Assembly: GCA_951406725.2 (NCBI GenBank)
Contig: OX597816.1
Span: 45,198,001 to 45,262,000, forward strand
DNA: 64,000 nucleotides
Source of the DNA: Octopus vulgaris
Taxonomy: Eukaryota
Direction of reading: 5' to 3'
Below are positions 40,042-53,843 of this stretch, one piece after another; positions within the stretch are counted from its first letter, which is position 1; every line of letters starts with the position of its first letter. A program made the position numbers and the translations under genes. Under the pieces are notes generated by a model that saw nothing but the letters and a program-made list of their open reading frames with translations, was not told the DNA's origin and did no database searches.

Positions 40042-40788
40042 TACAAATGTAAGCAAGCACAAACACACAAGTGCACCCACACACACACACACACACATGA
40101 ATGAAAATATAAACATGATAGGATACTTTCAATTTCTGTCTCTCAGATCCCCTCACAGGCAAAGGCTATTGTAGAAAACACCCAAGATGCATCATAGTGT
40201 GAGACTGAACCTGAAACCTCTTGATTCAGAAACAAACCTTTTAATCCCACAGCCACACCTGTACCTCATTCATATATCAGAATCAATTAGGGAAACAGGA
40301 AAAAATTTTAAACACCCCTGAATCTTAAATTGAAACTCAAATTAAAATTCAATAAAATAACAGAAACTTAAAAAATACTTTTTGAAAAATCTCAAAAAAT
40401 ATTATTTTTAAACCAAATATTTTTATCTTTTTATCAGAATCAGATTTCAATTACATATCTTTTCTTCAACGTAATTTTGGTTTATGAAAATGTTTCAGAC
40501 TTGTAACTAACTAGACATGTCACAAACAAAAAAATTCTATTAATTCAAATTAAAACTGCCACATCTATAAATTTTATCTAAATGTTTTCTTATTAAAAGC
40601 TTCACCAAAAAAGTATAGAACTGAGCTATTTATTGAAAGCTCTGAAATAGTCAACCTTAATCATATGTATTAGACAAGTAAAACAACACAAACCACACTG
40701 ACACACATACACCTGTACACATGTACCTACACACACACAGAGGTATATATATATATATATATATATGTATATAATCACAAGAATTTAC

Positions 40789-40894
40789 CTTTAATATATC
40801 GAAACACTTCTGTATTTTCCGCATGTCAGCTCCGACATCTAAGACTGCCTCCAATTCAGAATCTTCTAAGTAGTGGTTTACTAAATCTATACAT
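40789..40894 (-). CDS. KIF6: KIF6-like exon, 106 nt, phase 2-0
   Basis: ...ttttgag|ATGTATA...TTAAAG|gtaaat; (Q)CIDLVNHYLEDSELEAVLDVGADMRKIQKCFDILK resembles KIF6 'LEVGADMRKVHHCF'; phase matches upstream exon. Confidence 0.9.
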
Positions 40895-41631
40895 CTCAAA
40901 AACAAAATGGTTGGATGATTTTAATTACTTTTGAGGTTACTGAAATTAATTGCTTTCCAAAACGAAATTCAGGAGGAAAAAAAAAAATAACATATAAACA
41001 AACAATTAAAAATAAACAAATTTATAAATAACTAAAAAAAAGAAAAAGAAATAACAGCCTTAAATCTGCCATATTTTTCACAGAGACTCTATAAAATATT
41101 TTCCTACCCCCAATATATTGCTTGTAAGGTTGCAGAAGTTAATTAGAACTTCTGAATAAAAACTGTAGGTGCGACATAATAAATTGGTATAAGATTTCAT
41201 GAAAATGTATTTAAATTTGTTCAAATTGAAGCAGCATTGCTATAAAATTAACGAGTCTTTACTGTAACTTGTATTGAAAGGTATCAACTCCATTTCTTCT
41301 CGTAAATATGGAAGAGAGAAGGGTGAGCTCTTCTATGCTAACGAGCTTGAGGTAAAACTTCATGAAGATGAAGTTGTTAGTAGTGACCCTTTCACCTGCT
41401 AAAAAACACAGCTTTGTTTTTTGCTTTTTTTTTTTTTTTTTTAAATACTAACTACATAAGAATTTTCTAAAAATATCATTCTTGTAAGGTTGCAGATGTT
41501 AATTAAAAATGTTTGACTAAAGACCTAGGTGATGTAATATAATGAATTGGTTTAAGATTCTAGGAAAGTGGATCTGAATTTGTTTGGAATTTCAACCAAA
41601 CCAACAAAGAAACAAACAAAATGCAATACAT

Positions 41632-41690
<59 letters not shown>

Positions 41691-41944
41691 TATATGCAAT
41701 ACATATATATATATACAAACACAGAGGGAGAGAGAGATAGACAGACAGACAGACAGACAGAGAAAGAGAGAGGGGGAGATACATATATATATACATCTCA
41801 TTTACTCTTTTACTCATTTCAGTCATTTGATTGCGGCCACACTGGAGCATTGCATATATATATGTATGTATGTATGTATGTATGAGGAGGAGGGGGAGGA
41901 GGAGGTGAGAGAGATAGGGAGTGTAGAAGTGTGTTTATACTTAC

Positions 41945-42135
41945 TGCTGTACCTCTTCAGATGTAAGTTCGTCCTCCCGTATATCTCCGGTTCGTAGGGC
42001 TAACTCCTCTTTCAGTTGGTTAACTTCTTTCTTTAGTTTGGAAATCAACAACTTTGGATCAAATTCCTCATTTAGAATGGCCTCATTCTTGATGAGTGCC
42101 ACTCTCTGGGCAAAACGGCAAGTAGAGATTGATTC
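41945..42135 (-). CDS. KIF6: KIF6-like exon (end of motor, neck and coiled coil), 191 nt, phase 0-2
   Basis: ...cccctcag|GAATCA...CAGCA|gtaagt; ESISTCRFAQRVALIKNEAILNEEFDPKLLISKLKKEVNQLKEELALRTGDIREDELTSEEVQ; continues the previous exon in frame and matches the recalled KIF6 sequence ESISTCRFAQRVALIKNEA. Confidence 0.95.
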
Positions 42136-42664
42136 CTGAGGGGCAGCAAAATGAACGGATTGATCAATAAGTAACCAAAAATAAAATAAAGACTAAAGGA
42201 TACTAATAATTGTAATGTTATCATTTACTTGTTTCAGTCATTCAACTACGTCCATGCTGGAGCACCCCCTTGAAGGATTCAGTTGAATAAATTGTACTTA
42301 CTTTCAAGCTTAGTACTTATTCTAGCAGTCCCGTTTTCTGAACTCCTAAGTTTCAGGGATGAAAACAAACCAACATAGGCTATGTAGTGATAGTGAGGGA
42401 CAAACACACGCACACACACAGACATATCTATGCGTCGTTCTGTTTATATGCTAACATCACTTGACAACCGGTATTGGTTTGTTTATGTCTCTGTAACTTA
42501 GTGGTTCAGCAAAAGAAACCAATAAAATAAGCACCAGCCTTTCAAAAAAAAAAAAAATGTACTGGGTGTCAATTCATTTGGCTAAAAATTCTTGAAGGTA
42601 GTCCACCAACATGACTGCCATCCAATGATGGACATAAGTTAAAGATGAAAGATAAAATATAAAT

Positions 42665-43250
42665 ATGAGTGGCTGTGTGGTAAGTAGCTTGCTTACCAAA
42701 CACATGGTTCCGGGTTCATTCTCACTGCATGGCATCTTGGGCAAGTGTCTTATACTATAGCCTCGAACCAACTAAAGCCTTGTAAGTGAATTTGGTAGAT
42801 GGAAATTGAAAGAAGCCCATCGTATATATGTATATATATATATATATGTATGTGTGTGTGAATGTTTGTGTGTCTGTGTTTGTCCCCTCAACATTGCTTG
42901 ACAACCGATACTGGTGTGTTTACGTCCCCATAACTTAGCAGTTCGGCAAAAGAGACCAATAGAATACATACTAGGCTTACAAATAAAAAGTCCTGGGGTT
43001 AATTTGCTCAACTAAAGGCAGTGCCCCAGCATGGCCACAGTCAAATGACTAAAACAAGTAAAGGAGTAAAATATATACATAGGCGCAGGAGCGGCTGTGT
43101 GGTAAGTAGCTTGCTTACCAACCACATGGTTCCGGGTTCAGTCCCACTGCGTGGCATCTTGGGCAAGTGTCTTCTGCTATAGCCCCGGCCGACCAATGCC
43201 TTGTGAGTGGATTTGGTAGACGGAAACTGAAAGAAGCCTGTCGTATATAT

Positions 43251-43284
<34 letters not shown>

Positions 43285-43663
43285 TTGTGTGTCTGTGTTT
43301 GTCCCCCTAGCATTGCTTGACAACCGATGCTGGTGTGTTTACGTCCCCGTCACTTAGCGGTTCGGCAAAAGAGACCGATAGAATAAGTACTGGGCTTACA
43401 AAGAATAAGTCCCGGGGTCGATTTGCTCGACTAAAGGCAGTGCTCCAGCATGGCCGCAGTCAAATGACTGAAACAAGTAAAAGAGTAAAAGAGTAATAGG
43501 CGCAGGAGTGGGTGTGTGGTAAGTAGCTTGCTTACCAACTACATGGTTCCGGGTTCATTCCCACTGTGTGGCACCTTGGGCAACTGTCTTATACTATAGC
43601 CTTGGGCCGACCAAAGCCTTATGAGTGGATTTGGTAGATGGAAACTGAAAGAAGCCTGTCGTA

Positions 43664-43706
<43 letters not shown>

Positions 43707-43976
43707 TTGTGTGTCTGTGTTTGTCCCCCCAACATCGCTTGACAACCGATGCTGGTGTATTTTCATCAACGTAACTTAGCAGTTCATTTGACTGCGGCCA
43801 TGCTGGAGCACCACCTTTAGTCAAGCAAATCAACCCCAGGACTTATTCTTTCTAAGCCTAGTACTTATTCTATTGGTCTCTTTTGCCGAACTGCTAAGTT
43901 ACGGGGATGTAAATACACCAGCATCAGTTGTCAAGCGATGTTGGGGGGGACAAACACAGACTCACTAACATACACA

Positions 43977-44035
<59 letters not shown>

Positions 44036-44162
44036 CGACAGGCTTCTTTCAGTTTCCGTCTACCAAATCCACTCACAAGGCTTTGGTCAGCCCGAGGCTA
44101 TAGTAGAAGACACTTGCCCAAGGTGCCTCACAGTGGGACTGAACCTGGAACCATGTGGTTGG
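42665..44162. mobile_element. Cluster of family A SINEs: three tandem plus-strand copies and one abutting inverted copy
   Basis: Copies at about 42665-43070, 43082-43495, 43499-43785 (+), 43786-44162 (-). Confidence 0.85.
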
Positions 44163-44479
44163 TGGAATTTATAAATATTTAATACAACACTACGTACATT
44201 TCCACAGATCAGATAATTTTAACACCAAAGTTGGTATCCTTGGGATTAGTACAGCACAGCCCATATTATCGTGTGCATCAACAAGGATCCATTTCATCAG
44301 GCGATACTGTATCATTGGAAGAATCACAGAGGGATGTTTATCCCATCTTGCCAGTATGAGGGTCAATCTAGCTGTATAATCTATACTGTACTAATCCCAA
44401 AGATACCAACTCTGGTGTCAAAATCATCTGATCTGTGGAAACTTATGTCGTGATGTATTAAATATCTATAAATTCCATC
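44161..44479. mobile_element. Fold-back element with about 95-bp diverged inverted arms and hammerhead-like motif
   Basis: Arms 44161-44254 / 44387-44479. Confidence 0.65.
44186..44305 (-). ncRNA. Hammerhead-like motif with long stem II insert
   Basis: Minus strand atcgc-CTGATGA-aatggatc...gatctgtg-GAAAT-gtac-GTA-gtgtt; the other arm keeps GAAAC-ttat-GTC-gtgatg. Confidence 0.55.
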
Positions 44480-44679
44480 CTGTTATTATTGTATTTATCC
44501 CACATTACATCGGTATAACAATGATGCAACTCCGAAAATCTAACTCGCTAGTCAGTATCATTAAACGGTAGCTGGCATAATGAAATAGGAGCTCTATTTG
44601 CATGCCCCTAATGTTACTTAAATGAATTTAAAAGATATGTGTGTACAGTATCAAGCAAAAAATGAGAACGATTAATAAT

Positions 44680-45148
44680 GATAATGAAATTAATGTATAC
44701 AGTGCTCAGGTGCACCACAACTTGTCAGAAAATGAGTATAAAGTACATGCAGTAATGTACAAATGTCTGGAAAGCGAACAATGTATGAGTCAGATACATG
44801 CTTGTGTGTGTATGGAGGGGAGAAAATCAGGTGTAGTGTTGGCGAATCTCAGAAAGCATGGAAGTTTTGAAGGATGCAGTGCTCCGACAACTAACCACTG
44901 ATGCCGGCAGTTTGTTCCATGCTTCAGCAACTCTCAGCGTGAAAAAATGTTTCCTGAAGTCATGGGAGCTGTGCTGTTTCCTGACTTTGTAAATATGTCC
45001 ACGGGTGTTAGACAGGTGGAGTTTGAAAAGTTGCTCAGAGTTATTGTTTGTAAGATGGTTGATAATTTTATGGGTGTCTGCCAAGTCAGCTGCCAGACGT
45101 CGGAGTTTCAATGTGTCCATGCCCAGGGAGGTAAGGTGTTCAGAATAA
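44680..45148 (-). mobile_element. CR1/L2-type LINE 3' fragment
   Basis: LGMDTLKLRRLAADL..THKII..TRGHIYKV..RKHFFTLRVAEAWNKLPASVV..FK. Confidence 0.8.
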
Positions 45149-45369
45149 TATTTTTTTAAAATTTTGGAAAAGCTAGTAAACGTACAAATGTGCAATTGGT
45201 TTCATAAATACAGTTCACCATTAGCTGTGGAAAATCTAATTTTGTACAATGGTCTGAATATAAGTTAATAACATTAATACTAGTTTCATCCAAATGTCTC
45301 ATGTGCAAAATAAGAGAATAATCAAACCAAAAAATGCTTTAATTAACTCAAAACCAAAACAATGGTTGA

Positions 45370-46010
45370 AAGAAATGTAAATATGAACTTAGTACAGTTA
45401 ATACGATGTTTGTAGACCTTTGTTGGAGATCCCCTCTGCACATCGATTGCCATAGGATATAACAAGCTTCCTACACAGGTCAGGTGTTACTTTCTTCCAT
45501 TCCTCTTCTAATGTCTCCCATAAATTCGTCATAGTAGATGGTGACCTTTGTGTTACTTTGTCTCCAAGTATCTTCCAAAGGTTTTAAAAGTGGATTTAAG
45601 TCTGGAATTTGAGCTGGCCACTTCCTTACTTGGATATTTCGTTCAAATGTGAGTCCTAACATTAGCATTTAATTCTTTATTATTTAGTTTTTCTCTCAAT
45701 TGGCCCCCGTACTAATGGAACCATCTACTAGTCAAGAACAGAGACTGTGGTTTATCCCCCCACATGAGATTTTCTTTGGAATGCTAAGACCATCTCCTTT
45801 GCATGCTCTTTCCGTCCAACTTATTTTATTTGAGATTTGGTGAGGAAAATTCCAAGTCTTTCTAACCATGCAACAACAACCGTTCTTGTTGTTGCTAATC
45901 TTACTCTCATCTTTCCCGGCAGCTATAACAGACAGGAGTTGCCTGGAGACCTTTCTTGCTTCTACGTTGGGAGTCCATGGCACCAACATCTCTAGCAATG
46001 TTGCTGTGTT
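45370..46010 (-). mobile_element. Tc1-like transposase remnant
   Basis: KWPAQIPDLNPL motif (WPxQSPDLNPIE-like), decayed. Confidence 0.5.
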
Positions 46011-46448
46011 TCAAGAGAGTTTCTCTCTCTCTCTCACACACACACACACACTCTTTCTCTCTCTCTCTCTATAAACATACATATGTACATATTTTTAGGA
46101 ATAAAAAATTAATCTTAATACATAGCAACATATAATATGCATGCATACATGCATCTATGCATACATATATTGTTGTGTTTGTACATGTATGCATATATAA
46201 ATGCATGGTTCTTGCTATCTCTCTCTTTCTCCCTCTCTCTCTCTCTGTATACATACATATGTACATATTTTTAGGAATAAAGAAAAAGAAAATGAATCTA
46301 AATACATAGCAACATATAATATACATGCATCTTTCCATACATATATTGGTATGTTTGTGCATAAGGTTCTCTCTCTCTCTTCCTCTCCAAATGTGTGTGT
46401 TTATATGTGTGTGTGAATGTGTGTGTGTGTATATATATGTGTGTGTGA

Positions 46449-46482
<34 letters not shown>

Positions 46483-46557
46483 TCATCGAGTAATGCATAT
46501 ACATGCATACACATGTATTTTGCGCATGTGCATATTATGTGTTTAGATGCATTTTTA

Positions 46558-46628
<71 letters not shown>

Positions 46629-46636
46629 TCGAGATA

Positions 46637-46670
<34 letters not shown>

Positions 46671-46680
46671 TCGAGATACC

Positions 46681-46749
<69 letters not shown>

Positions 46750-47545
46750 TAAAAATGCATCTAAACACACAATATGCACATGTGCAAAATACATATGTGT
46801 ATGCATGTATATGCATTGCTCACTCTTCCTCTTTCGTTCTCCCCCTCTCTCTCTCTCTCTCTATACATATATATATATGTATATAAACAAAGTAAAGAGA
46901 GGCAGGTATACAGACAGAGATAGAAAGAGTAATATGAAATCAGAGAGAGAGAGAGAGAGTAAACAAAAACAAAGGAAAGAACGAAAAAGAAATGATTATG
47001 ATAAAGCACGACTCTTCTCTCCATATTAATACACACCCCTACATACACACACATCAAACAAGCGCACACATCAAACATGCATACACACACATATATGCAC
47101 CCAAAGAAATCAACACACACATTAGAAGGTTCTTTTTCACCTTATCCATTCCCTGCATGAAAATGCTAAAAAGACAAAAGCAAGTACTTCTTTTTTTTTT
47201 TCCTTAAATCTATTTATATATTGTCAACCTTCTTTTCCTAGAATCTTTGCACCGAAAATAAATAACTAACAAAAGATGGAAAAATAAGTAACAAATACAG
47301 TGAAATACATATAAAAATGTAAAATATAAAATATATATATGTGTGTGTGTGTGTATGTATATATATATGCAGATGACTTTATTTAAATTCCAAGTATTAC
47401 TTAAGTTGTGAGCAAGAATGTCTTATTGATGCTCTGTTACAATAATGCTTTGGGTGAAAATTTTGCATATATCTATATACATACACAAATATATATACAT
47501 ACTTACATTAAAACACACACACACACACACATATATATATGTATA

Positions 47546-47597
<52 letters not shown>

Positions 47598-47804
47598 TAT
47601 ATACAATACATATGTACATATATATAAATATATACTGTACATGAATAAATGTATGTGTGTATATATATATATACATATATATATATACACACATATATAT
47701 ATATACACATATATACATACATATATATACATATATATGCATATATATATATACATACACACATACATGTATATATATATACACATATACACACACATTC
47801 ATAC

Positions 47805-47847
<43 letters not shown>

Positions 47848-48211
47848 CATACATATAAACATATATGTATACATATATATATACATATACACATACATAT
47901 GAATATGTGTGTGTGTACATGAATATCTGTATGTAAGTGTGGATAGATAGATAGATAGATAGATATAATGTTTTTTGCAAGGTGGGACCCAATCTTTTAG
48001 GAGGGTTGGCATCTCCCTTTCCCCCCCCCCCCCTCTTTCCACACATCCCTCCTCCCACTTTTTTTCCTTTCTGGAGGGAAAAACAAAAGCAAATGCAAAA
48101 ACAAAAAAAAAATTAAAATAAAACAAAACAAAATAAATTTTAAAAAGCACAATAACAAAAATCGTATAAAAGAAAAAAAAAATATTAAATAGGAAATAAA
48201 AAAATACTTAC

Positions 48212-48355
48212 ATCAATGTTGTTTTTATCGACTGCACATGTAGCAATCATTGAAGTCATACAGTTGCCACCAAGGCTGTCCCTCAGCACAGATGTCATCA
48301 TGGAATTTCTGTAAGGAATATGGGATCGATTTTTTTCCGAAAGTGCAACGATTAC
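48212..48355 (-). CDS. KIF6: Kinesin-9 family KIF6-like gene, internal exon (motor domain C-terminal part), 144 nt, phase 0-0
   Basis: Minus strand ...ctgctag|GTAATC...ATTGAT|gtaagt; translates [48 protein letters not shown], the kinesin HIPYRxS..LRDSLGGN motif in the KIF6-type form ([19 protein letters not shown]). The ORF track shows this region in a wrong frame. Confidence 0.95.
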
Positions 48356-48471
48356 CTAGCAGTGAAAATAAAACAGCAAAATAAAACAGAAATAAATAAA
48401 TAAACAGAAAAGAAATGTTAAGGTACATTTTTATTTGTATTATAGTATATATATATCTATATTATGATATA

Positions 48472-48518
<47 letters not shown>

Positions 48519-48539
48519 AGTATGTGTGTGTATATATTA

Positions 48540-48582
<43 letters not shown>

Positions 48583-48663
48583 ATGAAGGCATGCATGTAT
48601 GTCTGTCTACATTCATATATAAATATGTGTGAGTGAGTGTGTATATATGTGTATGTATGTATG

Positions 48664-48694
<31 letters not shown>

Positions 48695-48879
48695 ACATAT
48701 ATATATATGTATAAGTATGTGTATATATATGTGTGTGTGTATGCATGTATATATGCATATATTTATACATAAATATATGGATATGTATGTGTGTATATAC
48801 ATACATACACATACACATGAATATATGTATACGTATGTATATATGTATGTATATGTATGTATGTATATATATGTATAAG

Positions 48880-48930
<51 letters not shown>

Positions 48931-51854
48931 ATATATATGAAAACACACTTCCTCTCATTGTGCTTATGAGGCACAGTTTTAGCATTCTTTACTAACATTT
49001 TCCCATAGTATTTTTAGGAGATTTTATTCATTTATTACTATTATTTTTTTCTTTTGTTTTCCTAACTATTAACTCATATCTACCTCTTTTTTTTAAGGTC
49101 TTTTCTTCCACTTTTTATTAGATGTTCTGCTTTTTATCAACATTAGTAGTCCTATATTTTTTTTTCATTGTATTTATTTTCGCTCATTTTTTTTTTTCAT
49201 GTAACCAGTATCACAATCTCATCATCTACCTCACACCCCACTCACCTTTTCTTCTTAAAGCAAAAGGAGGGGATAAAAATTTTACGCTTCCATACACTAA
49301 CTTGCCATTGATGATGAAAACGTTAGCAGCAGGAAGAATACACACACACACACACACACACACAATGTGTGTGTGTGTGTGTGTTTGTATGATGATTTCA
49401 CAGTGATGTGAATGGCAATTAAGTAGAAAGTGTACTCAATATTGCCAGATAGAGCGGAATAACATTATTTATTCAAAGCTGAAGTTTGAAGGAGTCACTA
49501 CTGAGAATTTCTTGTTCCAACACACAGGTGACTGTGTATGTCTGTGTGTGTGTATTACATGTAATATATATAGTGATATGTAAAGATAAGATCCAGGAAT
49601 CAGAGTGTAGGAAGTTAGTAAGTTTTTAGCAGTCTGTAGAAGGTATAAAAAAACAATTTTCAATAACAATAGTGGTTTATTGACATATAAGGTTGTAAAT
49701 TTTTCCCATATCAAAGTTTGATAAGCTGGAAAAAGTTATTTCATAGTTCACAACTGTGAATTTTAATATATATATATATTGGGTTGGTGCAGAATTATTG
49801 CAGCTTTTTTTCAACAAATTTTATTCAACAAAAACAATAACAGTATTTAACAAAAACATCTTTAAATGATGCTCTGACCGTTTGCCAAACAAATGGGAAG
49901 CAGTAATTGAAGTAGATGGTGAATATGCTCCAGAATAATCATTTAAAAATGTTTTTTTATTAGATGTTGTTATTGTTTTTGTTGAATAAAATTTGTTGAA
50001 AAAATATATATATATATATATATAAAATGGGACAGTAACGCAAAACATCCGGACCGCTAGTTGATAGAAAAAGGGACAACAAAACATCTAGATAGACGAT
50101 ACAAAGACAACAAGGATGGGTCATTCGAAGTTTTCTTTCCTCAGTCAAGCACCAGATTATCCTCGCAATTTCAGATGATTATTCTTGAGATTGCTTGAAT
50201 CTGGCCAGCCCCAAGGAAAAACTAAGCTAAGAGTATTAGGTTCCTGAGAAGAAAGCAGTGAATAGATAACAACACCTTCCATGGGTGAAGACCACTTTTA
50301 ACCTGAGGTGCCAGTGTTTTTCCTTTCCCTGCCCACAGCCTTCAGCGCTTGAGATTTTTATAGAGAATCCATTTCTGGTCACCAATCACTATTCAGTCCA
50401 AAAAAGGTTCATTCGTGAGATGTGACAGCAAAGAAGAGCAAACATTCACTCTCTCCACATGATTTGACTTGGAAAGTTTGTGAGGAACCCATTGACCCAA
50501 TTTGCTGACTTTTCTGATGGCAGGCAGGTGCTAGTTCCTCAACAGTTACAATGGGATTTTGTTCCATCAGGGTTTGCAAGACATCCTCATTGAGCTCTAC
50601 AGATCTTCCAGATGAGGCTCAATTCTAGGCAGTAGCTTACAGCTCAGAATTCCTGGAACCACTGTTGACACTGGCTTACACTTATTGTCCAATCCCCCAT
50701 ATACTGCATTAATATTCCTCGCACTTTCCGTTGTTCTTGCCTTTATTCAACTCATAAAGCAAAATATGCCGAATATGCTCCTTTGTCACTTCCATTAGAG
50801 CTTTGAAAAAATTAACTGTTAAAATCGAACTGCACTCTTCAAAACTTGCACTAAGAATAAGGCAGGGAAATATTACTACCTGCTTTTATAGCAAGTTGAT
50901 GCAGGTAATTTATCCTGTCCCCATTTGTAAGTCTAGAACTTTTTCTATTGGTCTCTTTTGCTGAACTACTAAGTTACAGAGACGTAAACACACCAACATT
51001 GGTTGTCAAGCGATGGTAGGGGGACAAACACACATGCACATAAATATATAAATATGTGTGTATATATATATATACAACAGGCTTCTTTCAGTTTCCATCT
51101 AAGAAATCCATTCACAAGGCTTTGATCATCCTGGGGCTATAGTAGAAGACACTTGCCCAAGGTGCCATGCAGTGGCACTGAAACCAGAACCATGTGGTTG
51201 GGAAGCATGTTTCTTCTTATCACACAGCCATGCCTGCTAGCAAAATAAATTAGCTAAATTTTATAGGCAGAAGCATAGCTGTGTGGTTAAGAAGCTCATT
51301 TTGCAACCACATGGTTTGGGGTTCAGTCCCAGTACATGGCACCTTCAGCAAATAGCTTCTATTATAGTCACAAGTCAACCAAAGCCTTGTAATTGAATCC
51401 GGTAGACAAATAATGTGTGGAACCTGTGTGTGTGTGTGTCTTAGAGTTTGCATTTGTCACCTTTTCCACCACTTGACAACTGGCACTGGGGTGTATACAC
51501 TTCCGTAACTTAGCAGTTCAGCAAAACAGAACACTAGAACAATTACCAGACTCTTAGAAAATAAGGACTGGGGTCAAATTGTTTGTCTAAATGTTTCAAA
51601 TAATAGTTTAAGGCAGTACTCCAGCATGGCCATAGTACAATGATTGAAACAAGTAATAAGTAAAAGATAAATCAAGACACAAAAAAATACGCAGAAAACA
51701 TGCCCACAAATGTATAAGATTAGGGGAAACATTTAGAAAAGGTCCAAGAAGCACAAAGAACACTTCAGTGACCCATTGTGGCCTAGACAAACCACTTATT
51801 GTCAACCCCTGTCCTAGAAGCAAGATGACTTAACCTTTTCCTAAGCATATGTAT

Positions 51855-52051
51855 TTTTTACTCTTTTACTCTTTATTTGTTTCAGTCATTTGACTGTGAC
51901 CATGCTGGAGCCCACCTTTAGTTGAGCAAATCAACCCCAGGACTTATTCTATCGGTCCCATTTGTCGAACCGCTAAGTTACAGGGATGTAAACACACCAG
52001 CATTGGTTGTCAAGCAGTGTTGGGTGGACAAACACAGACACACAAACATAT

Positions 52052-52103
<52 letters not shown>

Positions 52104-52265
52104 CAGGCTTCTTTCAGTTTCCATCTACAAAATCCACTCACAAGGCTTTGGTCAGCCCGAGGCTGTAGTAGAAGACACTTGCCCAAGGTACCACACAGTG
52201 GGACTGAACCCAGAATCATGTGGTTGGTAAGCAAGCTACTTACCACACACCCACTCCCACACCTA
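51855..52265 (-). mobile_element. Family A SINE
   Basis: Near full-length reverse copy. Confidence 0.8.
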
Positions 52266-53399
52266 TTTCTATTAATTTTTCAAAATAATTAAAAAATTAG
52301 AGGGTTTTAATAAAACAGTTATGACTTCTTGTATTTCCCAGTTACCGTTGTTAATTTAACCCTAGTATACCTGGGACTACATCAGCTGATATGTCCCTTT
52401 TATTTAAAGATGGTAGTGTGAGATTTATAAGAGATGTGGTTGTTGTTTTCAGTAAGGTGGTATAACCATATAAAGTTCATATGTTATTTCGTTAATTTAA
52501 AAGATCTTTACTTGCAACAATGCCACAATTTTTTAGTTTTCTCAAATCTAACATTATCATTTATGAAACATCTGATGAAATCTAACATTATCGTTTATTT
52601 TTGTGTTCATTGGGATCTTCCATGTAAATACCATTTCGTGCAGGTGATTAATGGTGGGGTTGGCAAAGTGGAACCCGGTAAAGTCATAGATTGTTTGGGC
52701 TTAAAAGAGTTAAGAAGGTATATACCTCATAACAATCCAGCAGAACTGTGGAGAGAACCTGAGGAAGAAGTAGACCCAGGAACACATGAGATGAGGTGGT
52801 AAAGCATGATCTGCAAATTTTAGGCCTTACGGAGACAATGACAAGTGACCAGGACCTTTGACAATATGCATACTTGATACGCTATGTTGGGCCTCATGAA
52901 GGGGATAAGTAAGTGAAACTTTTGGTGATATACCATGCTTGAGAAGGCTTGTCAAGCCGAGTAAAATCGTAGTTGTGACCGATGGCATGTACAAAGCACC
53001 CATTACACTCTTGGAGTGGTTGGTGTTAGGATGGGCATCCAGCTATAAAAACCACACCAAATCAGATTGGAACCTGGTGCAGCTCTCCAGCTTACTAGTC
53101 TCAGTCAAACCGTATAACCCATGCCAGCAAGGGAAGCAGACACTGAATGATGATGATGATGATATGCACATTTTCAAAAACACCTCTAATTAGTTACCAT
53201 CTATGAATACATGCACATCTGTGTAGTTAAGAAGTACTCTTGACAACATTGTACTTCCTAGTTCAATCCCACCAGAGGGTACCTTGGCCAAATATCTTTA
53301 ACCATAATCTTGAGTTGGTCGGTACTTTGTGAGTCAAATGTGGTCAAAGAAAACAGCAGAAACCCATTGTGTATCATGATCGCTGTCTTCCTCATTTAA

Positions 53400-53843
53400 C
53401 CCTTTCGTTACCAACCTGGCTGAAACCAGCTCTGGTTCAGTAGTACAAGCATCTTGTTTTCATAAGTTATGAATTAAAATCTTCCACCAAACCTTAGTCC
53501 CAATTTATGTTCCTAATGCCAGCTTAACCCTTTAGTGTTCAGATTATCCTATCAAACATAATGCTTATTGATTCCCATTGATTTGAATTAATCATGTATT
53601 ATCTCATATCTTCAAGATGTTGATGGTGTAATTACTTAATGTAGAATAACATTGTAGGGTAGGTGTGAGAGCCTGGATCTGGTCAGTTTGAACATAAAAC
53701 AGATTAAATATTTTGGCTGGATATGGCCGGTTTAACTACTAAAGGGTTAATGATAACTAAGTTATTTTACTAAATTCTTTGTTATATTTAAAGTAATTGG
53801 AAGAAACACAGAGTATCACAAAATAAATACGGTAACGAAAGGG
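53400..53843. mobile_element. piggyBac-like MITE with a second piggyBac-like MITE nested at 53528-53746
   Basis: TTAA|ccctttcgttacc...ggtaacgaaaggg|TTAA and TTAA|ccctttagt...actaaaggg|TTAA. Confidence 0.8.

Noticed and set aside
43082-43155. tRNA-like sequences at SINE heads
   Set aside because: A/B boxes present but no full cloverleaf; they continue into SINE bodies
48225-48428. ORF-track peptide ...[20 protein letters not shown]
   Set aside because: Wrong reading frame of the KIF6 exon
52434-52802. 122-aa plus-strand ORF with possible exon VINGGVGKVEPGKVIDCLGLKELRR
   Set aside because: No recognisable homology or partner exons; the 3' part is an RTE fragment
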